This document shows, one piece after another, positions 15,735-25,038 of a DNA stretch of 64,000 nucleotides (the stretch's first letter is position 1; each line of letters begins with the position of its first letter). The notes under the pieces were generated by a model, which saw only the letters and a program-made list of their open reading frames with translations, was not told the origin of the DNA and searched no databases. The stretch comes from Solirubrobacterales bacterium (GTDB lineage Bacteria > Actinomycetota > Thermoleophilia > Solirubrobacterales > 70-9), in assembly GCA_036780865.1 (NCBI GenBank), contig DAIQCC010000001.1, positions 60,446 through 124,445 of the forward strand, read 5' to 3'. Both the position numbers and the translations under genes were made by a program.

Positions 15735-18107
15735 ATGCGTCTGATCATCACCGAGAAAAACAACTCCGCCCAGAAGATCGCCGAGATCCTCTCGAACGGC
15801 GCTGCCACCGAGACAAAGTCCTTCACCGTGCCGGTGTTCCGCTGGGAGGACGGTGACGGCGAAACTGCCGTGATCGGCACTGGCGGACACTTCGTCGGAC
15901 GCGAGTTTCCGCAGGAGAAGGAGTACAAGCAGTGGAAGCTCGACTTGATCCCCGGGCTGATCGACGCGCCACTCGAAACCGGACCGATCGACGGCAAGAA
16001 GAACGTGATCAAGGCCGTCCAGAAAGAAGCCAGGCGGGCCGACAGCCTGGTCATCGGCACCGACTTCGACCGCGAGGGCGAGCTGATCGGGCTCGAGGCG
16101 CTCGAGGTCTGCCTCGAAGTGAACCCCGATCTCGAGCCCACACTTAAAAGGGCGCGTTACTCGGCTTTGACCAAGGAAGAGATCGAGGGCGCCTTCGGCA
16201 ACCTCGACGAGCTTTCTTTCCCGCTGGCGAATGCGGCCGGAGCCCGCCAGGACATAGACCTGATCTGGGGTGCCGCGTTCACCCGTGCCGTATCGCTGGT
16301 CGCCAAGGCCTACGGGGCGAACTTCCTCTCGGTCGGCCGGGTCCAGAGTCCGACCCTCGGCCTGATCGTCGAACGCGAACTCGAGCGCCGCGCCCATGTG
16401 GCGAAGCCTTTCTGGGAGCTGTTCGCCAAGTTCGAACATCCCAGTGGCCAGAGCTTCGAGGCCCATCACGCGACAGACAAGTTCTGGGACAAGGCCGAGG
16501 CCGACGCCGCTCTGAACGGAACCGCCAGCCCCGGCGTGGTCAAGTCGGTGACCAGCCGCAAGTCCTCGAGCAAGCCGCCGGCCCCGTACAACACGAACTC
16601 CTTCCAGGTGGATGCTTCGAGCCGCCTCGGGATCACCCCGAAGCGGGCGATGGACCTCGCCCAGGATCTCTACGACGACGGGTTCATCTCCTACCCGCGT
16701 ACCGACAACACGATCTACCCGGACTCGCTGCCGCTCGAAAAGACGATTCGCTCGCTGGTCAAGATCAAGGACTTCGCCGCTGCCGCTCCGATTCTCGAGA
16801 AGCCCCTGAAGCCGACCCAGGGCAAGAAGTTCGACGCCGCCCACCCGCCGATCTACCCGACCCACGCGCTCTACCCGAGCGCCCTGGACGGCCCCAAGGC
16901 CAGGGTTTACGAGCTGATCGTCCGTCGCTTCCTCGCCACCTTTGGCGAGCCGATGGTGACCGAGTCGACCCGGGCCGACATCGAGGCCGGCTCCGAGACC
17001 TACTTCGTGCGAGGAAAAGTCGTGGTCGATCCCGGCTACGCCGGCATCTACACCTACGCCCGCTCGGCCGACGAGGAGATTCCGGCGCTGGAGGAAGGCC
17101 AGCAGCTGGTGGTCGACGGCAAGCCCTGGCTCGTCGACAAGGAGACCCAGCCGCCTGCCCGTCTCTCGGAGGCAAAGCTGGTCCAGCTGATGGACGAGCA
17201 GGGCCTCGGCACCAAGGCGACCCGACCGGACATCATCCAGAAGCTCTACAACCGCCGCTACGTGCGGAACCATCCGCCCGAGCCGACCGCCACCGGAATC
17301 GCCATGTACAAGGCGTTCAAGGAGTACGTGCCGGACATGGCGACTTCCGAGATGACTGCCTCCCTCGAAGAGGAGATGGACGAGATCGCGGAAGAGAAGA
17401 TGACCAAGGAAGAGGTCGTCGAGGACAGCCGCAGGCTCGTCCACAAGACTTTCGAGGACCTGCTCAAGGGCGAGGAAGAGCTTTCGAAGATGATCTGGGA
17501 GGGCATGGATCAGGACCGGATCCTCGGACCCTGCATCGTCTGCAAGGAAGCAGGCCGCACCAGGGAGGATGGTTCACCGAACGTGCTGAGGATCATCCGG
17601 GCAAAGAAGTCAGGCAAGTCGTTTGTCGGCTGCACCGGCTGGGAGGCCGACAATCCGGAATCCTGCGATCAGACCTTCCCGATGCCGCAGCCGAACTTCT
17701 ACGAGGTCACCCCGCTGGAAGAGAACTGCTCGGTCTGTCACCGCACCCCCCGGGTGAACGTGAAGACCCGCGGCCGGGCCGGCCGCCCGTGGAAGCTCTG
17801 CTTCAACGACGACTGCCCGACGATGGTTGAAATGCGCGAGAAGAAGGCCGAAAGACTCGCGGCCCAGGAAGCGGCGAAGAAAGCGAAGGAACTCGACGAG
17901 GCCGAGGCAAAGAAGTCGGGCAAGAAGAAGCCGGCGACCAAGGCGAAGGGCAAGAAACCGGCCGGCAAGGCGAAGGGCAAGAAGCCGACCACCGTTGCGG
18001 CCCGGATCTCGAATCCCCCCGATCTCGGCACCCGCCGGGTCAAGAAGGCCGGTTCACGTGGCAAGGGCACCGGCAACTCCGGTGGCTCTTCGAGTCGCAA
18101 GGGCTAG
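15735..18107 (+). CDS. topA: type IA DNA topoisomerase (topo III/archaeal-like catalytic core, Zn fingers, Lys-rich tail)
   Basis: MRLIITEKNNSAQKIA Toprim start, GTDFDREGE, and active-site ISYPRTDN. Two 4-Cys modules are present, with a KK/AKGKK-rich C-terminus. Sits upstream of tmk-holB. Confidence 0.88.
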   Translation: MRLIITEKNNSAQKIAEILSNGAATETKSFTVPVFRWEDGDGETAVIGTGGHFVGREFPQEKEYKQWKLDLIPGLIDAPLETGPIDGKKNVIKAVQKEARRADSLVIGTDFDREGELIGLEALEVCLEVNPDLEPTLKRARYSALTKEEIEGAFGNLDELSFPLANAAGARQDIDLIWGAAFTRAVSLVAKAYGANFLSVGRVQSPTLGLIVERELERRAHVAKPFWELFAKFEHPSGQSFEAHHATDKFWDKAEADAALNGTASPGVVKSVTSRKSSSKPPAPYNTNSFQVDASSRLGITPKRAMDLAQDLYDDGFISYPRTDNTIYPDSLPLEKTIRSLVKIKDFAAAAPILEKPLKPTQGKKFDAAHPPIYPTHALYPSALDGPKARVYELIVRRFLATFGEPMVTESTRADIEAGSETYFVRGKVVVDPGYAGIYTYARSADEEIPALEEGQQLVVDGKPWLVDKETQPPARLSEAKLVQLMDEQGLGTKATRPDIIQKLYNRRYVRNHPPEPTATGIAMYKAFKEYVPDMATSEMTASLEEEMDEIAEEKMTKEEVVEDSRRLVHKTFEDLLKGEEELSKMIWEGMDQDRILGPCIVCKEAGRTREDGSPNVLRIIRAKKSGKSFVGCTGWEADNPESCDQTFPMPQPNFYEVTPLEENCSVCHRTPRVNVKTRGRAGRPWKLCFNDDCPTMVEMREKKAERLAAQEAAKKAKELDEAEAKKSGKKKPATKAKGKKPAGKAKGKKPTTVAARISNPPDLGTRRVKKAGSRGKGTGNSGGSSSRKG

Positions 18108-18116
18108 AGGCACCGC

Positions 18117-18710
18117 GTGTTCATCACGCTCGAAGGCGTCGACGGTTCTGGCAAGACGACCCAGGCGGCGATGCTCGCCCGGGCACTCGGCGCCAGCGCG
18201 ATGACCCTGCGCGAGCCGGGTGGAACCGACGCCGCGGAACGGATTCGCCAGCTGCTCGCGGATCCCGACACTCCGCTCGATCCGATCGCCGAGCTGATGC
18301 TGTTCTGTGCCGCCAGGGCGGACCTGGTCAGCCGCGTGATCCGCCCCGCCCTGGAGGTCGGAAGGATCGTGATCTGCGACCGCTTCACCGACTCGACCAT
18401 CGCCTACCAGGGCGTGGCGCGAGGCCTCGGGATCGTCCGGGTTCGCGAGCTCTCCGAAGTGGCGACCGATGGCCTGGTGCCGGACCTGACCCTGCTGCTG
18501 GAAATCGATCCCGCCTTCGGGCTCGACCGGGCGCAGTCGGACGACCGGTTCGAAGCCGAGGGCGTGCGGTTCCAGGAGAGGGTGGCCGAGGCCTACGAGG
18601 ACATCGCCCGCCGCGAGCCAAGCCGGGTTGTTCCGATCGACGCGACCGGCACCCCGGAGGACGTTCATGCCCTGATCATGGCCGAGGTCGAACCCAGGCT
18701 CCCGGCGTGA
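18117..18710 (+). CDS. tmk: thymidylate kinase
   Basis: FITLEGVDGSGKTTQ P-loop and DRF..S motif. GTG start. Confidence 0.9.
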   Translation: MFITLEGVDGSGKTTQAAMLARALGASAMTLREPGGTDAAERIRQLLADPDTPLDPIAELMLFCAARADLVSRVIRPALEVGRIVICDRFTDSTIAYQGVARGLGIVRVRELSEVATDGLVPDLTLLLEIDPAFGLDRAQSDDRFEAEGVRFQERVAEAYEDIARREPSRVVPIDATGTPEDVHALIMAEVEPRLPA

Positions 18711-18744
18711 CCGGAGACCCCGCGAAAGCGAAGCGAGGCCCGGC

Positions 18745-19845
18745 TTGATCGACCTGGCTGAAGCAACGGCCCGCCAACCCCGGGCGGGGGCTGAACTGAA
18801 GGCGGCGCTTGAGCAGGGCCCATCCCACGCGTACCTGTTCCGAGGGCCCTCTGGCTCGGGCAAGGCCAGCGCGGCGCGGGCTTTCGCGGCCGAGATCCTC
18901 ACGGCCGGCAACGCCGACCCGGAGGACGCCCGTCGCCGGGCGCTGCTCGAACCCTCGCCACATCCTGACCTGGTCTGGCTGGCGCCGAAGGGAATGAGCC
19001 ACGCCGTGCAGGAAATCCGCGACCGGGTGATCCACCAGGCACCGCTCAGTCCCTTCGAAGGTTCGGCACGGGTATTCGTTATCGAGGCGGCCGACGCCCT
19101 CAACGAGGAAAGCCAGAACGCGATGCTGAAGACCCTCGAGGAACCCCCGCCGCATGCCCACCTGATCCTGCTCTCGGCCGAGAGCGACGGCGTGCTGCCG
19201 ACCATTGCCTCGCGTTGCCAGCTGGTCGAGTTCGGGGCGCTCGCCCCGGAGGTGATCGAGGAGGAACTGGACGGACTGGCCCCCTCGGAGACACTTCACG
19301 CCGCCGCGAAGCTGGCCGGCGGCGATCTCGGCAAGGCAAGGTTCCTGGCCGGCAGCCGCGGCAGCGAGCTGCGCACCGCGGTCGAGAAGCTGATGAAGGC
19401 GGCGCTCGAGGACGATTTCGCCAACTCGCCCTGGCTTGACCTGCTCGCCCAGTCGAAGTCGGCCGGTGAACACTCGGGCCAGCTCGTCCAGGCCGAGTTT
19501 GACGAGGAAAAGGAAGAGGGGATCAAGCACACCAAGACGGAGATCGAGGAAGCGGTCCGTCGGGCCCAGCGGAAGACCCGGACCGGCATGCTCGACCTTG
19601 GTCTGCACCTGGCCGCCGCCTGGGCCCGCGACTGGGCGGCCGTGGCCGCAGGTGCCACCGGTGTCGTATTCAACTCGGACCGGATCGCGGTCCTCGAGGA
19701 GCAGGCCGGGGAGATCGAGCTTGCCCAGGCCAGGCAGGCGGTCTCGTTGATCCAGGACACCCGCCGGAGCTTCCAGCTCAACGTGAGCGAGGAACTCGCC
19801 CTCGAGGCCCTCGCCTTCCGCCTCGAAAAAGCGCTCCGCGACTAG
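18745..19845 (+). CDS. holB: DNA polymerase III delta-prime subunit
   Basis: HAYLFRGPSGSGK, NAMLKTLEEPP and SRCQ motifs. TTG start. Confidence 0.85.
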   Translation: MIDLAEATARQPRAGAELKAALEQGPSHAYLFRGPSGSGKASAARAFAAEILTAGNADPEDARRRALLEPSPHPDLVWLAPKGMSHAVQEIRDRVIHQAPLSPFEGSARVFVIEAADALNEESQNAMLKTLEEPPPHAHLILLSAESDGVLPTIASRCQLVEFGALAPEVIEEELDGLAPSETLHAAAKLAGGDLGKARFLAGSRGSELRTAVEKLMKAALEDDFANSPWLDLLAQSKSAGEHSGQLVQAEFDEEKEEGIKHTKTEIEEAVRRAQRKTRTGMLDLGLHLAAAWARDWAAVAAGATGVVFNSDRIAVLEEQAGEIELAQARQAVSLIQDTRRSFQLNVSEELALEALAFRLEKALRD

Positions 19846-19848
19846 CGA

Positions 19849-20247
19849 TTAGTCAGCAATCTCTTTCTCGGCGTTCTCTTCCTCGACCCCGTCGATCGCG
19901 GACTGCTGGGCCAGCCGGGTTATCTGCTTCGACTGGCGGGAGGCGATCACCGAGAAGTTCAGCGAGAGTGCGAGCAGGATCAGAAGCGTCACCGAGAAGA
20001 GCGCGATGGTCACGTCACGCACGCCCATCGCCTTGGCCAGCCACTCGAGCAGGATCGGGAAGACCGCCCCGAGCAGCATGCCGATGCCGAGCAGGAACCA
20101 GACGATCGAGTAGCGCTCGAGGAGCTTGTCGCGGCGGATCAGGTCGAGGATCAGGACCATGAAGGCGATCGCCAGCACGGCGGCGAGGATCCGCGCCTGG
20201 GGAGTCAGACGGACCACCGGCTCGGTGGCGGCGAGCAGGAAGCTCAC
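19849..20247 (-). CDS. DUF2304 family small membrane protein
   Basis: LILDLIRRDKLLERYSIVWFLLG block typical of DUF2304. 4-nt overlap with the upstream GT2 gene, which is its usual partner. Confidence 0.7.
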   Translation of the reverse strand: MSFLLAATEPVVRLTPQARILAAVLAIAFMVLILDLIRRDKLLERYSIVWFLLGIGMLLGAVFPILLEWLAKAMGVRDVTIALFSVTLLILLALSLNFSVIASRQSKQITRLAQQSAIDGVEEENAEKEIAD

Positions 20248-20960
20248 TGGTTCACCTGTCGGGGCCGGAGCTGGCCGATCAGCAGGACGATCAGCGTCTT
20301 GAAGATGTAGAAGGCCGAGGTCAGCGGGGTGATGAAGGAATGCCCGTGCTCGCGGGGGACCATGTGGACCGGCACTTCCCTGACCGTGAGGCCGGCCCTC
20401 ACTGCCTGCTGAAGTGACTCGACCTCCGCGAACTCCGAGGAGTAGCGCTCGGCAAACATCTCCATCGCCCTTGCGTTCAGGGCCCGCATGCCGCTGGTGG
20501 TGTCGGTGAATGTCTGCCTGGTCGAAGTGGAGACGAGCAGGCTGAAGAGGCGCTGGCCGAGCCGCCGGGCGAAGGTGGACCGGTACTCGGGGATGTCCGG
20601 GTTGACGTCATCTGCGAACCTCGAGCCGACCGCCAGGTCGGCCCCTCCCTCGACCGCCTCGATCAGGCGGGCAACCTCGGAAGCGGGATGCTGGCCGTCG
20701 CCGTCGAGCTGACCGCAGATCTCGTATCCGTGACGCAGCGCGTAGATGTAGGCGGTCTGGTGGGCCGCGCCCACTCCCTGGTTGAACGGCAACGAGGCAA
20801 CCAGGGCCCCGGCCCGGCGGGCGAGTTCCGCGGTGCGGTCGGTCGAGCCGTCGTCGACGACCATCACGTCAGAACCGGGCACATGCTCCCTCGCATCGGC
20901 GATCACGGCCTCGATCGACCGCTCCTCGTTCCAGGCCGGTATGAAGACGAGCTTCTTCAC
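20244..20960 (-). CDS. family 2 glycosyltransferase (polyprenyl-phosphate sugar synthase-like)
   Basis: FIPAWNEERSI and VVDDGSTDRT blocks. Start is uncertain: GTG 20960 was chosen, and the track ORF reaches 21098. Confidence 0.8.
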   Translation of the reverse strand: MKKLVFIPAWNEERSIEAVIADAREHVPGSDVMVVDDGSTDRTAELARRAGALVASLPFNQGVGAAHQTAYIYALRHGYEICGQLDGDGQHPASEVARLIEAVEGGADLAVGSRFADDVNPDIPEYRSTFARRLGQRLFSLLVSTSTRQTFTDTTSGMRALNARAMEMFAERYSSEFAEVESLQQAVRAGLTVREVPVHMVPREHGHSFITPLTSAFYIFKTLIVLLIGQLRPRQVNQ

Positions 20961-21069
20961 GCTGCGATTCTGGCATGCCGGGCCGGGCGAGGCCGTGGAT
21001 TCGGAGGGCCGGTGGGCCGATCGCGTCCGGCGCCTTTCAGTCATGGAACCATGAAATAGGGTCCGCCCC

Positions 21070-22827
21070 ATGAGTGGCAGCCCCGCGATGAGCCCCAATC
21101 GGGATCGACGGCGAAAAGACCGGCGGCCCCGGCGCCGTCACATCGGCATGCGGGTCTGGCTCGCCGCCGGCTTCACCCTGGTCTGCTTCCTGACTGCCGG
21201 CATCCTCTACTCCTTCATCACCGACAAGAGCCAGGACGTACTGAACGAACGCTCGACCGAACTCGCGGTTGGCCGCACGGTGAGGCTTGCCGACCGGCTC
21301 TCCGAACCCGACGTCGATCCCAACGCCGAATTGGAGGCAGCGAACGGGGAGGGCTACACAGCCTGGTATTTCGATCCCGATGGCGAGCTGATTGCGCCGG
21401 AGAACCCGAGGGCCGTCTATTCCGACGGAGTGGCCTACCAGGAGGTACTCGATTCGGCCCTTGACGGTTTCCGTTCCTCAAGGGATCTGAAGGGAGGCGA
21501 GATCGCAATCGTCGGGATCCCGATCGACACTCTCGGCAACAGCGAGGGAGCGGTGGTCGGACGCTACTCCCGGCCGATCGTGATCCAGTCCGCGATCGAC
21601 CGGCTCAGGTCCGAAAGCCTCCGGGCGGCGCTGATCGCGATCCTGATCGGCACCCTGGTCGGTGTCGGGATCGCTTCGGTCATCACCGGCCGCCTCAAGC
21701 GGATCGCCGCCAAGGCCGATGACCTGGCCTCCGGCAATTTCGACGTCCGGCTTCCGGTGCGGGGCCGCGACGAGATCGGCGACCTGGCCCGCTCGCTCGA
21801 CTCGATGCGTGAATCGCTCAAGGAGAGCTTCGGCGTGCTCACGGCCGACCGCGACAAGCTGGCCGCGATCTTCGACGGCCTCGGTGATGCGGTCATGGTG
21901 ATCGACCATGACGGTGACGTCCGGTTTCACAACTCGGCCGCCAACGCCCTGCTCGAGCAGGGAGGGAGGGCGCCGACGCCGATGATGTCGTCGGTCAAGC
22001 GGGCCGAGACCGAAGGCTTCGCCGCCCACCCGGCCCTCCGGATGGGCGACCGGGCATACGCCCTGCAGGCACGGGCGCTTCCCGACGAAGGCGCAGTCCT
22101 GGTCGTGGTCCGTGACCGGACCGACGAGATGCGCAAGGAGTTCGCCGAACGCGACTTCGTCAGCAACGCCGCCCACGAGCTCAGGAATCCCCTGGCCGGC
22201 ATCTCCGGTGCGATCGAGGTGCTGCAGTCGGGAGCGAAGGACGACCCGCCGGCCAGGGACCACTTCCTGAACCGGCTGTCGGCCGATGCCGAGCGCATGT
22301 CCCGGCTCACCCAGTCGCTGCTGACCCTGGCCCGGGTCGAGGCGCTCGGCACCGGGGAGGTCGAGGTCGTCGATATCAGCTCGGCCGTCAAGGACGTCGA
22401 AGCCGCGGTCGAAGTGCCGGTCGGGCTCGAGTTGAGGACCGACGTGGAGCCGGACCTCGCCGCCAAGGGTGATCCGACCCTGCTCAGGCAGGTGCTGATC
22501 GGGCTGGTGACCAACGCCTGCAAGAACACCCCGGCACCCGGGTCGGTGACGATCAGGGGCCGTCGCATCGGTGATTCGGAGATGTTGCTTGAGGTCATCG
22601 ACACCGGCACCGGAATCCCGCAGGCAGAGATCGAAAGGGTGTTCGAGCGCTTCTACCGGCGCTCCGAAACCCGCCGCCAGGAAGGGTTCGGACTCGGTCT
22701 GGCGATCGCCCGGCGGATGGCCGATGTGATGGGCGGAGAGATGGGAGCCCATTCAGTTGAGGGCGAGGGCAGTACCTTTTGGGTTCGGCTGCCTCTGATA
22801 GACCAGTCGGAAACACCGATCGCATGA
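21070..22827 (+). CDS. sensor histidine kinase (TM-sensor-HAMP-PAS-like-HisKA-HATPase)
   Basis: H-box FVSNAAHELRNPL and G-boxes GTGI, GFGLGLAI. HAMP-like segment after the second TM. Start may be ATG 21148. Confidence 0.85.
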   Translation: MSGSPAMSPNRDRRRKDRRPRRRHIGMRVWLAAGFTLVCFLTAGILYSFITDKSQDVLNERSTELAVGRTVRLADRLSEPDVDPNAELEAANGEGYTAWYFDPDGELIAPENPRAVYSDGVAYQEVLDSALDGFRSSRDLKGGEIAIVGIPIDTLGNSEGAVVGRYSRPIVIQSAIDRLRSESLRAALIAILIGTLVGVGIASVITGRLKRIAAKADDLASGNFDVRLPVRGRDEIGDLARSLDSMRESLKESFGVLTADRDKLAAIFDGLGDAVMVIDHDGDVRFHNSAANALLEQGGRAPTPMMSSVKRAETEGFAAHPALRMGDRAYALQARALPDEGAVLVVVRDRTDEMRKEFAERDFVSNAAHELRNPLAGISGAIEVLQSGAKDDPPARDHFLNRLSADAERMSRLTQSLLTLARVEALGTGEVEVVDISSAVKDVEAAVEVPVGLELRTDVEPDLAAKGDPTLLRQVLIGLVTNACKNTPAPGSVTIRGRRIGDSEMLLEVIDTGTGIPQAEIERVFERFYRRSETRRQEGFGLGLAIARRMADVMGGEMGAHSVEGEGSTFWVRLPLIDQSETPIA

Positions 22828-23546
22828 ACACGACACCTTCAATGAACGGCGCCGCCGGGCGCATCCTGATCGCTGACGATGAGCCGTCGGTCCGCGACTC
22901 GGTCGGCTACGCGCTCGCCCAGGAGGGCTTCGAGGTAACCGCCGCCGAGGATGGCACCGACGCCGAGGAGCGGCTGGCCGGGGACTTCGACTACGACCTG
23001 CTGATCCTCGACATCATGATGCCCGGCAAGTCCGGCCTCGACATCTGCCGCGAGGTTCGCTCACGCTCATCGGTCCCCATCATCATGCTGACCGCCAAGG
23101 ATGCGGAAGTCGACAAGGTAGTCGGGCTCGAAGTCGGAGCCGACGACTACGTGACGAAGCCCTTCTCGGTCCGGGAGCTGCTCGGCCGGGTCAGGGCGCA
23201 GCTCCGTCGCCGCGAACTCGACCGCGCCCCGGCCCCCGAGCAGACCCGTATCGTGTCCGGACCGGTCACGATCGATCTGGCCCGGCACGTGGTGACGGTG
23301 CGCGGCAAGACTGTCAGCCTGACCCGTTCCGAGTTCCAGCTGCTCCGGCTCCTCGCGGCCCGGCCGGGCGAAGTGTTCCGCCGCTCCCAGATCATGGAGG
23401 AGCTGTGGCAGACCGAGTTCGACGGTGACGAACGGGCTTGCGACGTTCACATCTCGAACCTGCGCCAGAAGGTCGAAACCGATCCCCAACGGCCGGAACT
23501 GGTGCTGACGGTCCGCGGCATCGGCTACAAGTTCGCTGATTCCTGA
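22824..23546 (+). CDS. OmpR/PhoB family response regulator
   Basis: RILIADDE, LILDIMMPG and LTAK receiver motifs, with a winged-helix C-terminus (TVRGIGYKF). ATGA overlap with the kinase stop. Confidence 0.9.
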   Translation: MNTTPSMNGAAGRILIADDEPSVRDSVGYALAQEGFEVTAAEDGTDAEERLAGDFDYDLLILDIMMPGKSGLDICREVRSRSSVPIIMLTAKDAEVDKVVGLEVGADDYVTKPFSVRELLGRVRAQLRRRELDRAPAPEQTRIVSGPVTIDLARHVVTVRGKTVSLTRSEFQLLRLLAARPGEVFRRSQIMEELWQTEFDGDERACDVHISNLRQKVETDPQRPELVLTVRGIGYKFADS

Positions 23547-23554
23547 CTGCAGTC

Positions 23555-23574
23555 GCGCCGGCCTGCGCCGGCGC
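23555..23574 (+). terminator. GC hairpin after the response-regulator gene
   Basis: GCGCCGGC-ctgc-GCCGGCGC, with no clear U-tract. Confidence 0.35.
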
Positions 23575-23625
23575 TCCCATAGCTTTCACACCGGTTGCCC
23601 ACTGCCAGTTCTGCGTGACACCCGC

Positions 23626-23771
23626 CGACCCATTACATCCTTAAATGGATGGGTCGGCTGGCCCGGGGGTACTGGCTTCGTCGACCCATTACATCCATGA
23701 ATGGATGGGTCGGCTGGCCCGGGGGCGGAGTCCTCCTGGCCCTTAACCACTCAGGAACTGATGGGTCGGCT
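23626..23771 (+). repeat. two 44-nt hairpin repeats plus a third half-copy, phased exactly 56 bp apart
   Basis: CGACCCATTACATCC(TTAA/ATGA)ATGGATGGGTCGGCTGGCCCGGGGG at 23626-23669 and 23682-23725. ATGGGTCGGCT recurs at 23649, 23705 and 23761. Confidence 0.85.
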
Positions 23772-23795
23772 CTACCCCAAGGGTAGTCTGGCGGC

Positions 23796-25028
23796 ATGAC
23801 CCTGGTGACCGACCTTGACCTGCCGGAGCTGGATCCGGCCGATCCCTCACTGAGCGGATGGAAGTGGCATGTCGAGGCCAATGCTCTCATCGACACCGGC
23901 AACTGGCTCGCCCGGGGCCCGTTGTCACTGATCGTGATCGATCGCGAGGCGGGTGAGTTTTTCCTCCGCTCCCGTGCGGCCGAATTTCCCGGCAAGCTGA
24001 TCGGCGAGCTGTTCGGGATCACCGAAGGTCCCCTGCATGAGCAGATCGTCTCGAACATCATCAACCAGGGCGGTGACGATCACCGGCGTCTCAGAAGCCT
24101 CGTCAACCCGGCGCTGACCCCGAGGGCAGCCGATCGCTGGCGCCCCGCCATGAGGGAGATCCTCGGGAGCCTCTGGGAAGAACTGGAGACCTTCGAGTTC
24201 GACTTCGTTTCCCGCTTCAGCCGGCCGTACCCTTCCCAGACGATCGCCCGCGTCATGGGTGCCCCGACCGTTGACGCCCTGCGACTCTACGACTGGTCCG
24301 AATGGATCCAGCGCCAGTTCGACCCGATCGCCCTCTCCGACCCGGAGACGGTCAACCAGATCCAGGAGAAGGTCGCCGAGTTTTACGCCTGGGTCGACCC
24401 GCTGATCGAGAACCGCCGGACCACTCCCGGCGACGATCTGATCACCACCCTGATCAGGACCGAGGAGGAGGGGGAGAAGCTTTCGGACGGAGAGCTGAGA
24501 AACCTGGTCCTGAACATCCTGGTCGGCGGAGTCGACACCACCCAGAGTCAGCTTTCCCACGCGATCAGGCTGCTGGCCGGCAACCCGGAACAGTGGAATG
24601 CCCTCCGCCATGACCCCGACACATTGGTGCCCCGCGCGGTCAGCGAGGTGCTCCGTTTCGAGCCGATCACTGCCTTCACGGCCCGCCAGTTGACCGAGGA
24701 GGTCGAGTACCGCGACGTCGTCTTTCCGGCAGGAACCCTGATGGTGATCTGCTCCTTTACCGCCAACCGCGACCCCGAGGCATTCGAGGAGCCGCGCGAC
24801 TTCAACATCCTGGTCGAGCGGGACCGGACCCGCCCGCTCACCTTCGGCGCCGGAATCCATTATTGCGTCGGGGCAAACCTTGCCCGGGCGGAGCTCGAGG
24901 AAGCCCTCCGTTTCCTGGCGGGGAAGGTGGAGAGCTTCAAGCTCAACGGCCTGACCGAGCTGCAGCCGGTCAGCGGCATCTACGGCGTGGATCGCATGGA
25001 CGTGAGGATCACTCCCGCAGCCGGGTAG
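23796..25028 (+). CDS. cytochrome P450
   Basis: Heme-ligand loop FGAGIHYCVGANLA, an EVLR ExxR motif, and I-helix GGVDTT. Confidence 0.9.
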   Translation: MTLVTDLDLPELDPADPSLSGWKWHVEANALIDTGNWLARGPLSLIVIDREAGEFFLRSRAAEFPGKLIGELFGITEGPLHEQIVSNIINQGGDDHRRLRSLVNPALTPRAADRWRPAMREILGSLWEELETFEFDFVSRFSRPYPSQTIARVMGAPTVDALRLYDWSEWIQRQFDPIALSDPETVNQIQEKVAEFYAWVDPLIENRRTTPGDDLITTLIRTEEEGEKLSDGELRNLVLNILVGGVDTTQSQLSHAIRLLAGNPEQWNALRHDPDTLVPRAVSEVLRFEPITAFTARQLTEEVEYRDVVFPAGTLMVICSFTANRDPEAFEEPRDFNILVERDRTRPLTFGAGIHYCVGANLARAELEEALRFLAGKVESFKLNGLTELQPVSGIYGVDRMDVRITPAAG

Positions 25029-25038
25029 GCTTCCCCGC

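Noticed and set aside
15423-17444. 673-aa minus-strand ORF
   Set aside because: Antisense to the type IA topoisomerase gene. It has no motifs and GC-driven stop-codon depletion.
21478-22752. 424-aa minus-strand ORF
   Set aside because: Antisense to the histidine kinase gene (H-box and G-boxes lie on the plus strand).
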